A stretch of DNA of 37,053 bases from Thermoanaerobaculales bacterium (GCA_025456385.1 JALOKS010000006.1:1-37053), one strand, 5' to 3'. Shown: positions 18,738-30,544, numbered from the stretch's first letter. Numbers and translations are program-made. The notes: generated from the sequence alone by a model not told the origin.

Positions 18738-20648
18738 TCAGCCGCCCCGGCGCACGATGCGGCGCCGGTCGCCGTGGCGCACCGTCACCCGCTCCGAGTC
18801 CAGCCACTCCAGGGCCGGAATCGCCAGCTTGCGGGTCAGCCCGAAGCGGTCCTTGAACTCGGCGACCCCGAAGTCCTCGACCTGCCAGTCCCGCACCCGC
18901 CCGGCCACCTCGTCGAGTACCGCCCGGTGGATGAGGAACTTGCCGTCGAGGCGCACCAGCCGGCGGCGCTGGACGAGAAACCGGCAGATGCCCTCCACCG
19001 CCTCCGGCCGCGCGGCGAGCTGCTCGGCCACCGCCTGCGGCGACGGCGCCTCGAAGCCGAGCTCGCGGTAACGGGCCTCGACGCGGCGTGCGAGCTCCTC
19101 GCCCGCCTCCGTCATGTGGCTGTCGCGGCCCGGCGGCACCACCCGCCCGCCGGCGAGCTCGATCACGCCGCGCGCCCGCAGCTGCTCGAGGTAGAGGTCG
19201 GCGAAGGGCAGTGCCGGCGCCGCCAGCAGCCCGCCGGCGAAGTCGCGCGCCGGAATGCCGGCCGAGACCTCCTCGCCGGCGAGGCGATCGCGGAGGGCGC
19301 GGGCGGCGGCCTTGGCGAGCCGCTCGACTTGCGCGGTGCTGACGAAGCGGGGCGGCTGGGTCGGGAGGGGACGGATCGAGCCGCCCTCGAGGAGGCGCCC
19401 GAGCGGGGCCTCGAGGGCCTCCTCGAGGGCCCCGAGCCGACCCGCCATCGCCGGCACCGCCAGGCCGGCGAGATCCTCCGCCTCGATCCAGGCGGCGAGC
19501 AGCCGGGGCCACGCCTCCGGCTGCACGGAAGGCAGCTCGGCGAGCGCCGCGGCGTCGCGGCGGCGCCAGCGCCGCAACCGCGCGTCGAGAACCCGGGCGC
19601 CGGCGAAGGTGTTGACCGGCGCCGGTCGGCGCAGGACCATGCGGTCGCCGGGAAAGAGCAGCAGGGGCTCGCGCAGCAGCAGCTGGCCGTTGCTGCGGCC
19701 TCCGGGCTCGAGGGGGCGGCGGGCGAGCCGCTCGATGCGGGCCGGCACCCGCGCCGCCAGGGCGTGGACCTCGACCTCGTCGCCCTCGTCGAGGGCCGCG
19801 GGGGCGGAAGCGAGCAGCTCGAGGTCGACGGTCGCCAGCAGGGTCGGCTGCCAGGGTCCCGGCGAGAGAACCTGGTGGCCGCGCTCGAGGGCGTCGCGGG
19901 CGAGTCCGGTGAGGTTGATGGCCACCCGCTCGCCGGCCTCGACCCGCTGGCGCTCGGCGCCGTGGACGTGCAGGCGGCGGACCCGCGCCGGGGCGCCGAG
20001 CGGCTGCACGACGACCTCCGAGCCGACCTCGAGCGCGCCCGAGAGCGAGGTGCCGGTGACCACGGTACCGGCACCGGTGAGGCTGAAGACGCGGTCGATC
20101 GGCTCCCGGAACGGGCGCCCGGCGACCAGGTGCGGTCGGGCGCGGGCGCCCTGCTCGACGAGCAGCCGCTTGAGCTCGGCGATGCCGGCGCCGGTGTGCG
20201 CCGACACCGGCAGGACCGGGACGCCCGCGAAGGGGGTGCCCGCGAGCAGCTCCCGCACCTCCTCCGCGGCCAGCTCGACGAGCTCGTCCGGCACCAGATC
20301 GGTCTTGGTCAGGGCCACCGCCCCGCCCGGGACCCCCATCAGCCGGATCACCTCGAGGTGCTCGCGGGTCTGCGGCATGACGCCCTCGTCGGCGGCGATG
20401 ACCAGCAGCGCGAGGTCGATGCCGGCGGCGCCGGCGATCATGGTGTGCACCAGCCGCTCGTGCCCCGGCACATCGACGAAGTGGAGCTGGGTGTCGCCCT
20501 CCGAGAGCTCGGCGAAGCCGAGGTCGATGGTGATGCCCCGCAGCTTCTCCTCGGGCAGGCGGTCGCAGTCGGTCCCGGTCAGCGCCTTGACCAGGGTGGT
20601 CTTGCCGTGGTCGATGTGCCCGGCTGTGCCCCACACGACGTGCCGCAT
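18738..20648 (-). CDS. selB: Selenocysteine-specific elongation factor
   Basis: [33 protein letters not shown]-terminal winged helix [20 protein letters not shown]...GDRR. Confidence 0.96.
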   Translation of the reverse strand: MRHVVWGTAGHIDHGKTTLVKALTGTDCDRLPEEKLRGITIDLGFAELSEGDTQLHFVDVPGHERLVHTMIAGAAGIDLALLVIAADEGVMPQTREHLEVIRLMGVPGGAVALTKTDLVPDELVELAAEEVRELLAGTPFAGVPVLPVSAHTGAGIAELKRLLVEQGARARPHLVAGRPFREPIDRVFSLTGAGTVVTGTSLSGALEVGSEVVVQPLGAPARVRRLHVHGAERQRVEAGERVAINLTGLARDALERGHQVLSPGPWQPTLLATVDLELLASAPAALDEGDEVEVHALAARVPARIERLARRPLEPGGRSNGQLLLREPLLLFPGDRMVLRRPAPVNTFAGARVLDARLRRWRRRDAAALAELPSVQPEAWPRLLAAWIEAEDLAGLAVPAMAGRLGALEEALEAPLGRLLEGGSIRPLPTQPPRFVSTAQVERLAKAAARALRDRLAGEEVSAGIPARDFAGGLLAAPALPFADLYLEQLRARGVIELAGGRVVPPGRDSHMTEAGEELARRVEARYRELGFEAPSPQAVAEQLAARPEAVEGICRFLVQRRRLVRLDGKFLIHRAVLDEVAGRVRDWQVEDFGVAEFKDRFGLTRKLAIPALEWLDSERVTVRHGDRRRIVRRGG

Positions 20649-20734
20649 GTGGCCATGGTACACGGCGCCCGATCCCCGCCGGCGCCGCCTGCCGCGACCT
20701 TGGCCGGCGGCCGCGGAGCCGGTATTCTCGGCTG

Positions 20735-21301
20735 GTGAGCGCCGCAGGGGTCGAAACCGAGCTCAAGCTCCCGGTCGGGGACCACGAGCCGGTCCGCTGC
20801 GCTCTCGCCGCCCTCGGCGCGGTGCGGACGGACACCCTCGCGCGCGAGGTCAACCTCCTGCTCGACGGCCCGGAGCGCCGCCTCGCAGCCGCGGGCTGCG
20901 TGCTGCGGCTGCGCCGCTACGGCGACCGGCACCTTCTCACCTTCAAAGGACCGGCGAGCTTCGTGGGCGCGGTCAAGAGCCGGGTCGAGCACGAGCTCGA
21001 GATCGGGGACGTGGAGCTCATGCGGCGGGTGCTGGAGGCGATCGGGCTCGAGGTCGTCATGCGCTACGACAAGGACCGCGAGGCCTGGCGCCTCGACGAG
21101 CTCGCCATCGTCCTCGACCGCACGCCGATGGGCGACTTCGTCGAGATCGAAGGGCCGGCGGGCAGGCTCGAGGCGGCGGCGCGGGCCCTCGGCCTCGACC
21201 CGGAGGCGGCGGTCCGCGGCTCCTACGTCAGCCTGTGGCAGGAGCTGCGGTCGGCGCACCCCGAGCGCGCCCTGCCGGCCGACATGGTGTTTCCGGAATG
21301 A
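20735..21301 (+). CDS. CYTH-domain (class IV adenylate cyclase-like) protein
   Basis: ETELK (ExExK) motif, LRLR, LTFKGP, RVEHE, FVEIEG, SY. Confidence 0.9.
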   Translation: MSAAGVETELKLPVGDHEPVRCALAALGAVRTDTLAREVNLLLDGPERRLAAAGCVLRLRRYGDRHLLTFKGPASFVGAVKSRVEHELEIGDVELMRRVLEAIGLEVVMRYDKDREAWRLDELAIVLDRTPMGDFVEIEGPAGRLEAAARALGLDPEAAVRGSYVSLWQELRSAHPERALPADMVFPE

Positions 21302-22257
21302 GCGGCTTCGCGGCCGCCATGGTGCTCGCGGCCGGCCGTGGGGAGCGGATGCGGCCGCTGTCCGACGTGCTGCCCAAGCCCGCGCTGCCGCTGCCGGAGG
21401 GGCCGGTCGTCGCGTCGGCCATGCGCCTCGCCGTGGTGGCCGGCGCGCGGCGGATCGTCGTCAACACCTGGCACCTCGGCGCGCAGATGGCGGCGGCGGC
21501 GGCCGAGGTCGCCCTGCCGGGAGTGGAGGTCCTGCTGTCGCCGGAGCCGACTCTCATGGGCACGGCCGGCGGTCTCGCCCTGGCGCGCGACCGCGGCCTG
21601 CTCGACGGTGAGGGGCCGATCCTGGTGCTCAACGGTGACGGCGTGCTCGACCTCGAGCTCGCACCGCTGGCGGCGCGGCACGCCGCGAGCGGCGACCTCG
21701 TGACGCTCGCGCTGCGCCCGCACCCCGACCCCCGGCGCTGGTCACGGGTCGTGCTTGCCGCCGACGGGCGGGTGGAGAGGATGCTGCCGGCCGGGCCGGC
21801 GGCGCCCGCGGACAACGGGATGCTCTACCCGGGGGTGATGGTGGTGGCGCGCGAGGCCCTCGCGCGCCTGCCGCCGGGCCCCGGCGGGATCGCGCAGCTG
21901 CTGTGGGAGCCGGCGCTGAGCGCGGGGCGGCTCGGGGGGGCGGTGGTGCCGGGGCGCTGGCGGGAGGTCGGCACCCCGACCGACTACCGCGAGCTGGTGG
22001 TCGCGCGGCTCGGTGACCGGGCCTGGGTCCACTCCTCGGCGTCGGTCGCGCCGTCCGCCGTCCTCCGCGGGGCGCTGGTCGGCGCCGGATCCCGCGTCGC
22101 CGCGGAGGCCGTGGTCCGCGCTTCGGTGGTCGCTGCCGGCGCGCAGGTCGGCGCCGGCGCCGAGATCAGGGGCTCGGTGCTTCTCGGCCGGGTCGCCGCG
22201 GCGCCGGACGAGAAGCTGGACGGCGTGCTGCGCGCCCAGGGCCCGCCGGTCTGCTGA
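21298..22257 (+). CDS. Sugar-phosphate nucleotidyltransferase (MurU/GMPP-like) with C-terminal hexapeptide repeats
   Basis: [40 protein letters not shown]; ATG overlaps the CYTH stop. Confidence 0.88.
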   Translation: MSGFAAAMVLAAGRGERMRPLSDVLPKPALPLPEGPVVASAMRLAVVAGARRIVVNTWHLGAQMAAAAAEVALPGVEVLLSPEPTLMGTAGGLALARDRGLLDGEGPILVLNGDGVLDLELAPLAARHAASGDLVTLALRPHPDPRRWSRVVLAADGRVERMLPAGPAAPADNGMLYPGVMVVAREALARLPPGPGGIAQLLWEPALSAGRLGGAVVPGRWREVGTPTDYRELVVARLGDRAWVHSSASVAPSAVLRGALVGAGSRVAAEAVVRASVVAAGAQVGAGAEIRGSVLLGRVAAAPDEKLDGVLRAQGPPVC

Positions 22258-22279
22258 CGGGTCGCCCGCCGCCGCCGCA

Positions 22280-22900
22280 TCACAGGCCCGCCTCGCGCCA
22301 CTCCGGCCAGCCCGCGCGCCAGAGCAGGGAGTTGATCCGCGCGGTCGAGCCGTAGATCCGCAGCACCCGCATCCGCACCCTGTGGTCGCTCAGGTAGACC
22401 GAGCTCGGCGTGGCGCGGCCGTCCGGGCTGAAGGTGATGATGTCGCCGCGCCCCGCGCGCACCGGGTCGCCGGGATCGCCGGCGAGGCGGCCGCGGCCCG
22501 AGGGGTCGGGCACGAACTCGCCCGCGAGGATCCCGAGGCCGGCCTCGCCGGGTGCGAACTCGAGGACCTCGGAGATGAGGGGGTCGGCGCCCGACTCGAG
22601 GTCGGTGTGCAGGATGCCGTCGCCGTCGCCATCGGCGGCGATGAAGCAGCGCCACGAGCCGTCCGGCCGCCGCTCGAAGACGAGCCCGGTGGCGCGCTGC
22701 TCCATGACCGCCACCGCCCGGCAGCGGAACATCAGGCCGCGCAGCCGCGCCGCGGCCCCGGCGAGCGCCGCGGCCCGCCGCGCCTCCGCGAGGTCGGGGA
22801 CCGCGACCCCGACGATGAGGGCGGCGAGGAGGAGCGCGGCGAGCACCTCGACCAGCGACTGCCCGGCCTCGCGGGCGGCACGGGTGCGGTCAGCGACCAT
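22280..22900 (-). CDS. Type IV prepilin-like protein (GspH/FimT-like)
   Basis: Class III signal G|QSLVE followed by a hydrophobic helix; ITFSPDG, RVLRI; GGAGG SD. Confidence 0.8.
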   Translation of the reverse strand: MVADRTRAAREAGQSLVEVLAALLLAALIVGVAVPDLAEARRAAALAGAAARLRGLMFRCRAVAVMEQRATGLVFERRPDGSWRCFIAADGDGDGILHTDLESGADPLISEVLEFAPGEAGLGILAGEFVPDPSGRGRLAGDPGDPVRAGRGDIITFSPDGRATPSSVYLSDHRVRMRVLRIYGSTARINSLLWRAGWPEWREAGL

Positions 22901-22921
22901 GAGACCTCCCCGGAGGAAGAG

Positions 22922-22939
22922 GCGGCCCCGAAGGGCCGC
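22922..22939 (-). terminator. UUCG-capped hairpin between comEA and the pilin gene (weak terminator or stabiliser)
   Basis: Minus strand GCGGCCC-TTCG-GGGCCGC, followed only by CTCTTCC. Confidence 0.4.
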
Positions 22940-23014
22940 ATCCCGTCCACGCTGTGCTCGGGTCATCCGCCCCGGGGCAGGCCCATCCCGCCCGGAGCCG
23001 ATGACAGTTGCTCG

Positions 23015-23338
23015 TCAGGCGCCGCTGCGCGGCGACCGCACCTTGGCGCTCAGGGTCGTCGCCCCGCTGGTCGCGAGGTAGGGACGCAGGCGCTCGAGAG
23101 CCGCCTCGCCGATCCCCTTGACCGCGACGATCTCGTCGACGCTGCGGAAGGCCCCGTTGGCCTCGCGGAAGTCGACGATGCGGGCCGCGAGCGCCGGGCC
23201 GACCCGCGGCAGCAGCTGCAGCTGCTCGGCGGTGGCGGTGTTGATGTTGACCACCCCCGCGGGGGTGCCGTCGGCGGCGACGGCGAGCGCGGCGGTGGCG
23301 AGGACCAGCAGCAGGGCGAGGGTCGTGGAGGTCTTCAT
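23015..23338 (-). CDS. comEA: ComEA family helix-hairpin-helix DNA-binding protein
   Basis: Signal peptide; VNINTATAEQLQLLPRVGPALAARIV...FRSVDEIVAVKGIG; AAGGAG SD. Confidence 0.9.
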   Translation of the reverse strand: MKTSTTLALLLVLATAALAVAADGTPAGVVNINTATAEQLQLLPRVGPALAARIVDFREANGAFRSVDEIVAVKGIGEAALERLRPYLATSGATTLSAKVRSPRSGA

Positions 23339-23665
23339 CGCATGCTCCTTTCCGTTCGGGTTGGTGATCGGGGTTGCGGTCCGTCCTCAGCTGGCATCCA
23401 TAACGGCCTCCTTTCGCTCGCCGCTCCCAGGGGCAGCTTCCGTGCCACCTGGAGTGGTTCTCGTAAGTATCTGGAATGAATGGCTTTCGACGAAGCCGGT
23501 CCGACCGGCCTCCGATGGGAGCTGACAACCAAAGCTGTCACCCCGACGGTGGGCTCAGGTCCGGGGACTGGAACAAATTTATGTCAGTGACAGCCTGCTA
23601 TACTCCGCCGATGCGGCTCGGGAGCCAGCCCGTTCTGAGCGCCCCGCGATGGTCCCGGAGCAACG

Positions 23666-24280
23666 GTGGCGGCTGAGTACGCGCTGCTCGTCTCGGGCGG
23701 CTCCGGCGCCCTGCTGGCGACCCGCTTCGCCGCTGCGGCGCTCGCGAGCGGCCGGGTGGAGGCGCTGCACCTGGTGGTGACCGGGCCGGCGGCCAAGGTC
23801 CTCGGCCACGAGCTCGGGCCAGCCTGGGCGGGCGCCCGCGGCTTCCGCGACCAGCTGCCGGTGAGCGACGAGCTCCGCGCGCGCATCCTTCCGCACGCCG
23901 ACTCCGAGATCGAGGCGTCGATCGCCTCCGGCTCGCACCGCCTCGGGGGGGTGGTCGTCCTGCCGTGCTCGGCGGGAATGGCCGGTGCGCTGGCTCACGG
24001 CATCTCGCGCGGTCTCGCCCAGCGGGTCGCCGACGTCGCGCTCAAGCAGCGCTGGCCGCTGATCCTCGGCATCCGCGAGACGCCGATGTCGGCGATCCTG
24101 CTCGAAAACCTGCTCCGCCTCGCGCAGGCCGGCGCGCACATCGTGCCGCCGCTCCCCGCCTTCTACCTCAAGCCCGACGCGGCCACCGCGCTGAGCACCT
24201 TCGCGGACCACTACTGCCTGCGGCTCCTGGACCTGCTCGGCCTGCCCGGCGACGACCGCGGCCTGCGGTGGAATGCGTGA
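23666..24280 (+). CDS. ubiX: Flavin prenyltransferase UbiX
   Basis: SGGSG, IASGS, PCS, RVADVALKQR, RETP, PAFY. Confidence 0.9.
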   Translation: MAAEYALLVSGGSGALLATRFAAAALASGRVEALHLVVTGPAAKVLGHELGPAWAGARGFRDQLPVSDELRARILPHADSEIEASIASGSHRLGGVVVLPCSAGMAGALAHGISRGLAQRVADVALKQRWPLILGIRETPMSAILLENLLRLAQAGAHIVPPLPAFYLKPDAATALSTFADHYCLRLLDLLGLPGDDRGLRWNA

Positions 24281-25158
24281 GCCTCGGCACCTCGCAGCTC
24301 GTTGACGGGCTCGCCGAGACTGCCGACATGATCGCCTTCAAGCACACGGTCTTCGCCCTGCCCTTCGCCGTGATCGCGGCCGTTACGGCGGCGTCGCCGG
24401 GTTGGCCGTCGGTCGCGACCTGGGCCTGGCTCGCCGTCGCGATGGTCGCGGCCCGTACCGCGGCGATGGCCTTCAACCGCCTCGCCGACCACCGGCTCGA
24501 CGCCCTCAACCCGCGGACCAGCGGCCGGGCGCTCCCCGCGGGCCGCCTCAGCCGACACTTCGCGTGGGCGGTGACCGGGGTGTCCGCCGCGGTCCTCCTC
24601 CTCGCCGCGGCCGCACTGAACCCCCTGTGCCTCGCACTCGCGCCGCCGGCCCTCGCCGTGATCCTCGGCTACTCCCTCGCCAAGCGCTTCACCGTCGCCG
24701 CGCACCTGTGGCTCGGCGCCGCCCTCGGCATCGCCCCGGTGGGGGCCTGGATCGCGGTCAGCGGGCGCCTCGACTGGCCGGCGCTGCTGCTCGCCGCCGC
24801 GGTCGGCGTGTGGGTTGCAGGATTCGACGTGATCTACTCGCTCCAGGACGAGCACTTCGACCGCAGCCTGGGCCTGCACTCGTTGCCGGCGCGGCTCGGC
24901 GGCGCGCGCGCCCTCGGCGTGGCCAGGGCGCTGCACGGCTCCGCGGTGGCGGGCTTCCTGGCCTTCGCGCTGGCGGCGGGTGGCGGACCCTGGCGACTCG
25001 GCGCGGTGGCGGCGGCGGCGGCCCTGCTGGTGCGCCAGCACCGGCTGGTGAGGGCGCACGACCTGAGCGCGGTCGATGCCGCCTTCTTCGCCTCGAACGG
25101 CATCCTCGCGCTCGTCATGGGCGTTCTCTTCGTGGCCGCCCGCGTGCTCGAGCCCTGA
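24277..25158 (+). CDS. ubiA: UbiA-family polyprenyltransferase (MqnP type)
   Basis: HTVFALPFA, ARTAAMAFNRLADHRLDALNPRT..R.LP, GFDVIYSLQD; GTG overlaps the ubiX stop. Confidence 0.9.
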   Translation: MSLGTSQLVDGLAETADMIAFKHTVFALPFAVIAAVTAASPGWPSVATWAWLAVAMVAARTAAMAFNRLADHRLDALNPRTSGRALPAGRLSRHFAWAVTGVSAAVLLLAAAALNPLCLALAPPALAVILGYSLAKRFTVAAHLWLGAALGIAPVGAWIAVSGRLDWPALLLAAAVGVWVAGFDVIYSLQDEHFDRSLGLHSLPARLGGARALGVARALHGSAVAGFLAFALAAGGGPWRLGAVAAAAALLVRQHRLVRAHDLSAVDAAFFASNGILALVMGVLFVAARVLEP

Positions 25159-25203
25159 GCCGTGGATGACGCGACCGCCGGCGCAGGCTAAGATCGGGGC
25201 GCG

Positions 25204-25860
25204 ATGAGCGCGCGCAAGATGCCCTTCCGCCACATTGCCGTCGAGGGCCCGATCGGGGTCGGCAAGACCTCGCTCGTGCAGCTGCTGGCCGAGCGCTTCG
25301 AGGGCGTGATGGTGCTCGAGGACATCACCAACCCCTTTCTGCCGTCCTTCTACGAGGGCCGGCCCGGGGCCGCCTTCCAGGTCCAGATCTACTTCCTGCT
25401 GTCGCGCTTCCAACAGCAGCGCGAGATCGCGCAGATGAACCTGTTCCAGCGCCTGGTCCTCGCCGACTACACCTTCCCGAAGGACCGCATCTTCGCCTAC
25501 CTCAACCTGGACGACACCGATCTCCGGGTCTACGAGAAGCTCTACCCGGTGCTCGAGCAGGAGGTCCCGAAGCCGGACCTCGTGATCTACATGCAGGCCT
25601 CGGGAGCGGTCCTGATGGAGCGCATCCGGCGCCGGGCCCGCGACTTCGAGCGCGGCATCGAGCCGGCCTACCTGCAGCGGCTGAGCGAGGCCTACTCCTA
25701 CTACTTCTTCCACTACCGGGAGACGCCGCTGCTGGTGGTCAACACCGACGACATCGACTTCGTCAACGACCCCGCCGACCTCGAGGCGCTGATCGAGCAG
25801 GTCATGCGCAGCCGCCGGGGCACCCAGGTCTACGTGCCGATGGGCTCGCAGCGGCCATAG
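25204..25860 (+). CDS. Deoxynucleoside kinase
   Basis: IAVEGPIGVGKTSL, NPFLPSFY, FLLSRFQQ, KDRIFA, PDLVIY. Confidence 0.93.
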   Translation: MSARKMPFRHIAVEGPIGVGKTSLVQLLAERFEGVMVLEDITNPFLPSFYEGRPGAAFQVQIYFLLSRFQQQREIAQMNLFQRLVLADYTFPKDRIFAYLNLDDTDLRVYEKLYPVLEQEVPKPDLVIYMQASGAVLMERIRRRARDFERGIEPAYLQRLSEAYSYYFFHYRETPLLVVNTDDIDFVNDPADLEALIEQVMRSRRGTQVYVPMGSQRP

Positions 25861-27606
<1,746 letters not shown>

Positions 27607-27661
27607 TGAGCAATTTCTTCCATTCTGACGAGGAAAACGGAGTCATTTTGCAAAAATTCGC

Positions 27662-27690
27662 TTGACTCTTCGAAATTCCAGTCTCAGAAT
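27662..27690 (+). promoter_or_regulatory. Sigma70-type glnA promoter
   Basis: TTGACT-17 nt-CAGAAT; TTTTGCAAAA palindrome just upstream (27646-27655); AGGAGG SD before GTG 27721. Confidence 0.6.
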
Positions 27691-27720
27691 CCGCGGAACG
27701 ACGCGCCAGGAGGCTTCACC

Positions 27721-29052
27721 GTGCCAACGACCCCGACCGCGATCCTGACCCGCTGCAAGAAGGAGAACGTCCACTTCATGCGGCTCCAGTTCACGGACAT
27801 CGACGGCGTCATCAAGAACGTCGAGGTCCCGTCGAGCCAGTTCGAGAAGGCGCTCGACGGCCAGATCATGTTTGACGGCTCCTCCATTCAGGGCTTCACC
27901 CGCATCGAGGAGTCGGACATGCTGCTGGTGCCCGACCTCGAGACCTTCCAGGTCTTCCCCTGGGTGACGGATCACGGCCGGGTCGGACGCCTGGTGTGCG
28001 ACATCGCCAACCCCGACGGCTCGATCTTCGCCGGCTGCCCGCGCAGCGCGTTGAAGCGCGCGGTCGAGCGGGCGCGGCGCATGGGCTACCGGATGATGGC
28101 GGGGCCGGAGGCCGAGTTCTTCCTCTTCCAGCGCAACCACAACGGCGAGGCCCTGGCCGCGACCCACGACTCGGGCGGCTACTTCGACCTCAGCCCGCGC
28201 GACCTCGGCGAGGAGGCGCGGCGCGAGATCACGCTCGCGCTCGAGGCGATGGGCTTCGAGGTCGAGGCGGCCCACCACGAGGTGGCGCCCGGCCAGCACG
28301 AGATCGACTTCAAGTACGGCGACGCCGTCGACACCGCCGACGCGATCGTCACCTTCCGCTTCGTGGTCAAGAAGGTCGCCCTGATGTACGGCCTGCACGC
28401 GACCTTCATGCCGAAACCGCTGGCCGGGGTCAACGGCTCCGGCATGCACACCCACCAGTCGCTGTTCTCGTCCAAGGGCAGGAATGTCTTCCACGACCCG
28501 AAGGGCCCGTGGGAGCTGTCGGCCGTCGCCCGCGCCTACATCGGCGGCCTGCTCGACCACGCGCGGGCCTTCGTCGCGGTGACCAACCCCCTGGTCAACT
28601 CCTACAAGCGTCTGGTGCCGGGCTACGAGGCGCCGGTCAACGTCGCCTGGTCGGAGAAGAACCGCTCGCCGATGATCCGGGTGCCGGCGCGGCGAGGGAT
28701 CGGCACCCGCTGCGAGGTCCGCGTCCCCGACCCCTCCTGCAACCCCTACCTGGCCTTCGCCGTGATGCTGGCCTCCGGTCTCGACGGCATCGAGCGCGGC
28801 CTCGACTGCGGCGAGCCGGTCAACCGCAACATCTTCGACATGAGCGAGCGCGAGAAGCGGCGGCTCAAGATCGTGCAGCTGCCGGCGAGCCTCGACGAGG
28901 CGCTCAACTTCCTCGAGAGGGACGGCGTGATGCGCGAGGCCCTCGGCGAGCACATCTTCGAGCACTTCCTCCACAACAAGCGCACCGAGTGGGCCGAGTA
29001 CATCAAGGAAATCCACGACTGGGAGCTCGACCGCTACCTCGACCGCTACTGA
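27721..29052 (+). CDS. glnA: Glutamine synthetase type I (short, GSI-alpha-like)
   Basis: FDGSSIQGF, HHEVAPGQHEIDF, ATFMPKP, NGSGMHTHQS, NSYKRLVPGYEAP, NRSPMIRVP; 443 aa; NIFD in place of the adenylylated NLYD. Confidence 0.97.
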   Translation: MPTTPTAILTRCKKENVHFMRLQFTDIDGVIKNVEVPSSQFEKALDGQIMFDGSSIQGFTRIEESDMLLVPDLETFQVFPWVTDHGRVGRLVCDIANPDGSIFAGCPRSALKRAVERARRMGYRMMAGPEAEFFLFQRNHNGEALAATHDSGGYFDLSPRDLGEEARREITLALEAMGFEVEAAHHEVAPGQHEIDFKYGDAVDTADAIVTFRFVVKKVALMYGLHATFMPKPLAGVNGSGMHTHQSLFSSKGRNVFHDPKGPWELSAVARAYIGGLLDHARAFVAVTNPLVNSYKRLVPGYEAPVNVAWSEKNRSPMIRVPARRGIGTRCEVRVPDPSCNPYLAFAVMLASGLDGIERGLDCGEPVNRNIFDMSEREKRRLKIVQLPASLDEALNFLERDGVMREALGEHIFEHFLHNKRTEWAEYIKEIHDWELDRYLDRY

Positions 29053-29102
29053 GCACGGGTGCCGGGCGAGCAGGCGGGCCCGTGCGAGGGTAAGCTTGGG
29101 CC

Positions 29103-30506
29103 GTGAACACGGTCCTCGTGATCACCGACGACGAGGCCCGGCGGAAGGTCATCGAGGCGCAGCTCCTCAACCATGACCTCAAGCTGGTCGCCGCCGGCTC
29201 GCTCGAGCGCGGCCTGGCAGTGGTCGAGGAGGGTCACGCGAGCCTGGTGCTCGCCGTCCTGCCGCTGGCCGGAACCTCGGCAGTCGGGGCGCTGCGGGCG
29301 ATCCACGCCCGCGACCCGCGGCTGCCGGTGGTCGTGCTCACCGCCGCCGCCTCGACCGAGGAGGCCATCGAGACCACCAAGGCCGGCGCCTTCGACTACC
29401 TGCTGCTGCCGCTCGAAGAGCGGGAGCTGCTCACCGCGGTCGGGCACGGATTCGAGGCCGGCCGCCTGATGCGGTCGCCGGTGTCGCTCGACCAGGAGAG
29501 CGAGACCTGGTCGGGGGACGCCCTCATCGGGCGCTCGCGGCCGATGCAGGAGATCTACAAGGCGATCGGCCGCGTCGCCCCGACCGACTCGACGGTGCTG
29601 ATTCGGGGCGAGTCCGGGACCGGCAAGGAGCTGGTCGCGCGCGCGATCTACCAGCACTCGGCGCGCGCCGCGCGGCCCTTCGTGGTCGTCAACTGCGTGG
29701 CCATCCCGGAGACCCTGCTCGAGAGCGAGCTCTTCGGCTACGAGCGCGGCGCTTTCACCGGCGCCGTCGGAGCCAGGATCGGGAAGGTCAAGCAGGCCGA
29801 CGGCGGCACCCTCTTCCTCGACGAGATCGGCGACATGCCGCTCGCCATCCAGGCCAAGCTCCTGCGCCTGCTCGAGGACCGCAGCATCGAGCCGATCGGC
29901 GGCCGGCGGCCGATCGCTGTCGACGCGCGGATCATCGCCGCCACCAACCGCGACCTCGAGGCGGCGATCGACGAGGGGCGGTTCCGCAAGGACCTCTTCT
30001 ATCGCCTGAGCGTCGTCCCGATCACCCTGCCGCCGCTGCGCGAACGCCTCGACGACCTGCCGCTGCTGTGCGACTACTTCCTGCGCCGGCTGACCACCGA
30101 GCTCGGGATCCGCAACCCCGGTCTGACGCCGGACGCCTACCGGCTGCTGGCGAGCCACCCCTGGGCGGGCAACGTCCGCGAGCTCGCCAACGCCATGGAA
30201 CAGAGCCTGATCTTCAGCCGCGGGCGTCAGATCGACGCCGAAGCGGTCGGCGCGCTGGTGCTCACGCCGTCCAGGGGCCGCGCGGCCGCCCTCGCGGCCG
30301 GCGACGAGGCCCTGCGGCGCTGGGTGCACCAGTCACTCGCCTTCGGCCGCGAGGGCCTGCTGCCGGCGATCACCGAGCACGTCAGCGAGCGGGTGATCCG
30401 CGAGGTCCTCGCGATCACCGCCGGGAACCGGGTGCGCGCCGCCCGCCTGCTCGGCATCTCCCGTCCCACCCTGCTCGCCCGGATCAAAAAGTACGGGCTG
30501 GAGTGA
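29103..30506 (+). CDS. Sigma54-dependent NtrC-family activator (REC-AAA+-HTH) with degenerate receiver
   Basis: GESGTGKELVA, ESELFG, GAFTGA, LFLDEIG, FRKDLFYRL, WAGNVREL, Fis-type HTH AARLLGISRPTL. Confidence 0.95.
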   Translation: MNTVLVITDDEARRKVIEAQLLNHDLKLVAAGSLERGLAVVEEGHASLVLAVLPLAGTSAVGALRAIHARDPRLPVVVLTAAASTEEAIETTKAGAFDYLLLPLEERELLTAVGHGFEAGRLMRSPVSLDQESETWSGDALIGRSRPMQEIYKAIGRVAPTDSTVLIRGESGTGKELVARAIYQHSARAARPFVVVNCVAIPETLLESELFGYERGAFTGAVGARIGKVKQADGGTLFLDEIGDMPLAIQAKLLRLLEDRSIEPIGGRRPIAVDARIIAATNRDLEAAIDEGRFRKDLFYRLSVVPITLPPLRERLDDLPLLCDYFLRRLTTELGIRNPGLTPDAYRLLASHPWAGNVRELANAMEQSLIFSRGRQIDAEAVGALVLTPSRGRAAALAAGDEALRRWVHQSLAFGREGLLPAITEHVSERVIREVLAITAGNRVRAARLLGISRPTLLARIKKYGLE

Positions 30507-30544
30507 GGCGCGACGGGGACCCCGTCTCAAGGCGTCGCCGACGG

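Noticed and set aside
19255-21297. N-terminal 680 aa of the 1000-aa ORF 19255..22257
   Set aside because: Antisense to selB and off-frame over CYTH, low-complexity Arg/Ala/Ser; the real gene starts at 21298
23387-23389. UGA read-through giving a Sec-containing N-terminal extension of ComEA
   Set aside because: In frame, but there is no redox motif or clear SECIS hairpin, comEA has its own SD, and an extension would precede the signal peptide
27637-27652. Sigma54 promoter for glnA (GG...TTGCA)
   Set aside because: GG-to-GC spacing is one base short of the strict -24/-12 requirement and TGGCAC is absent
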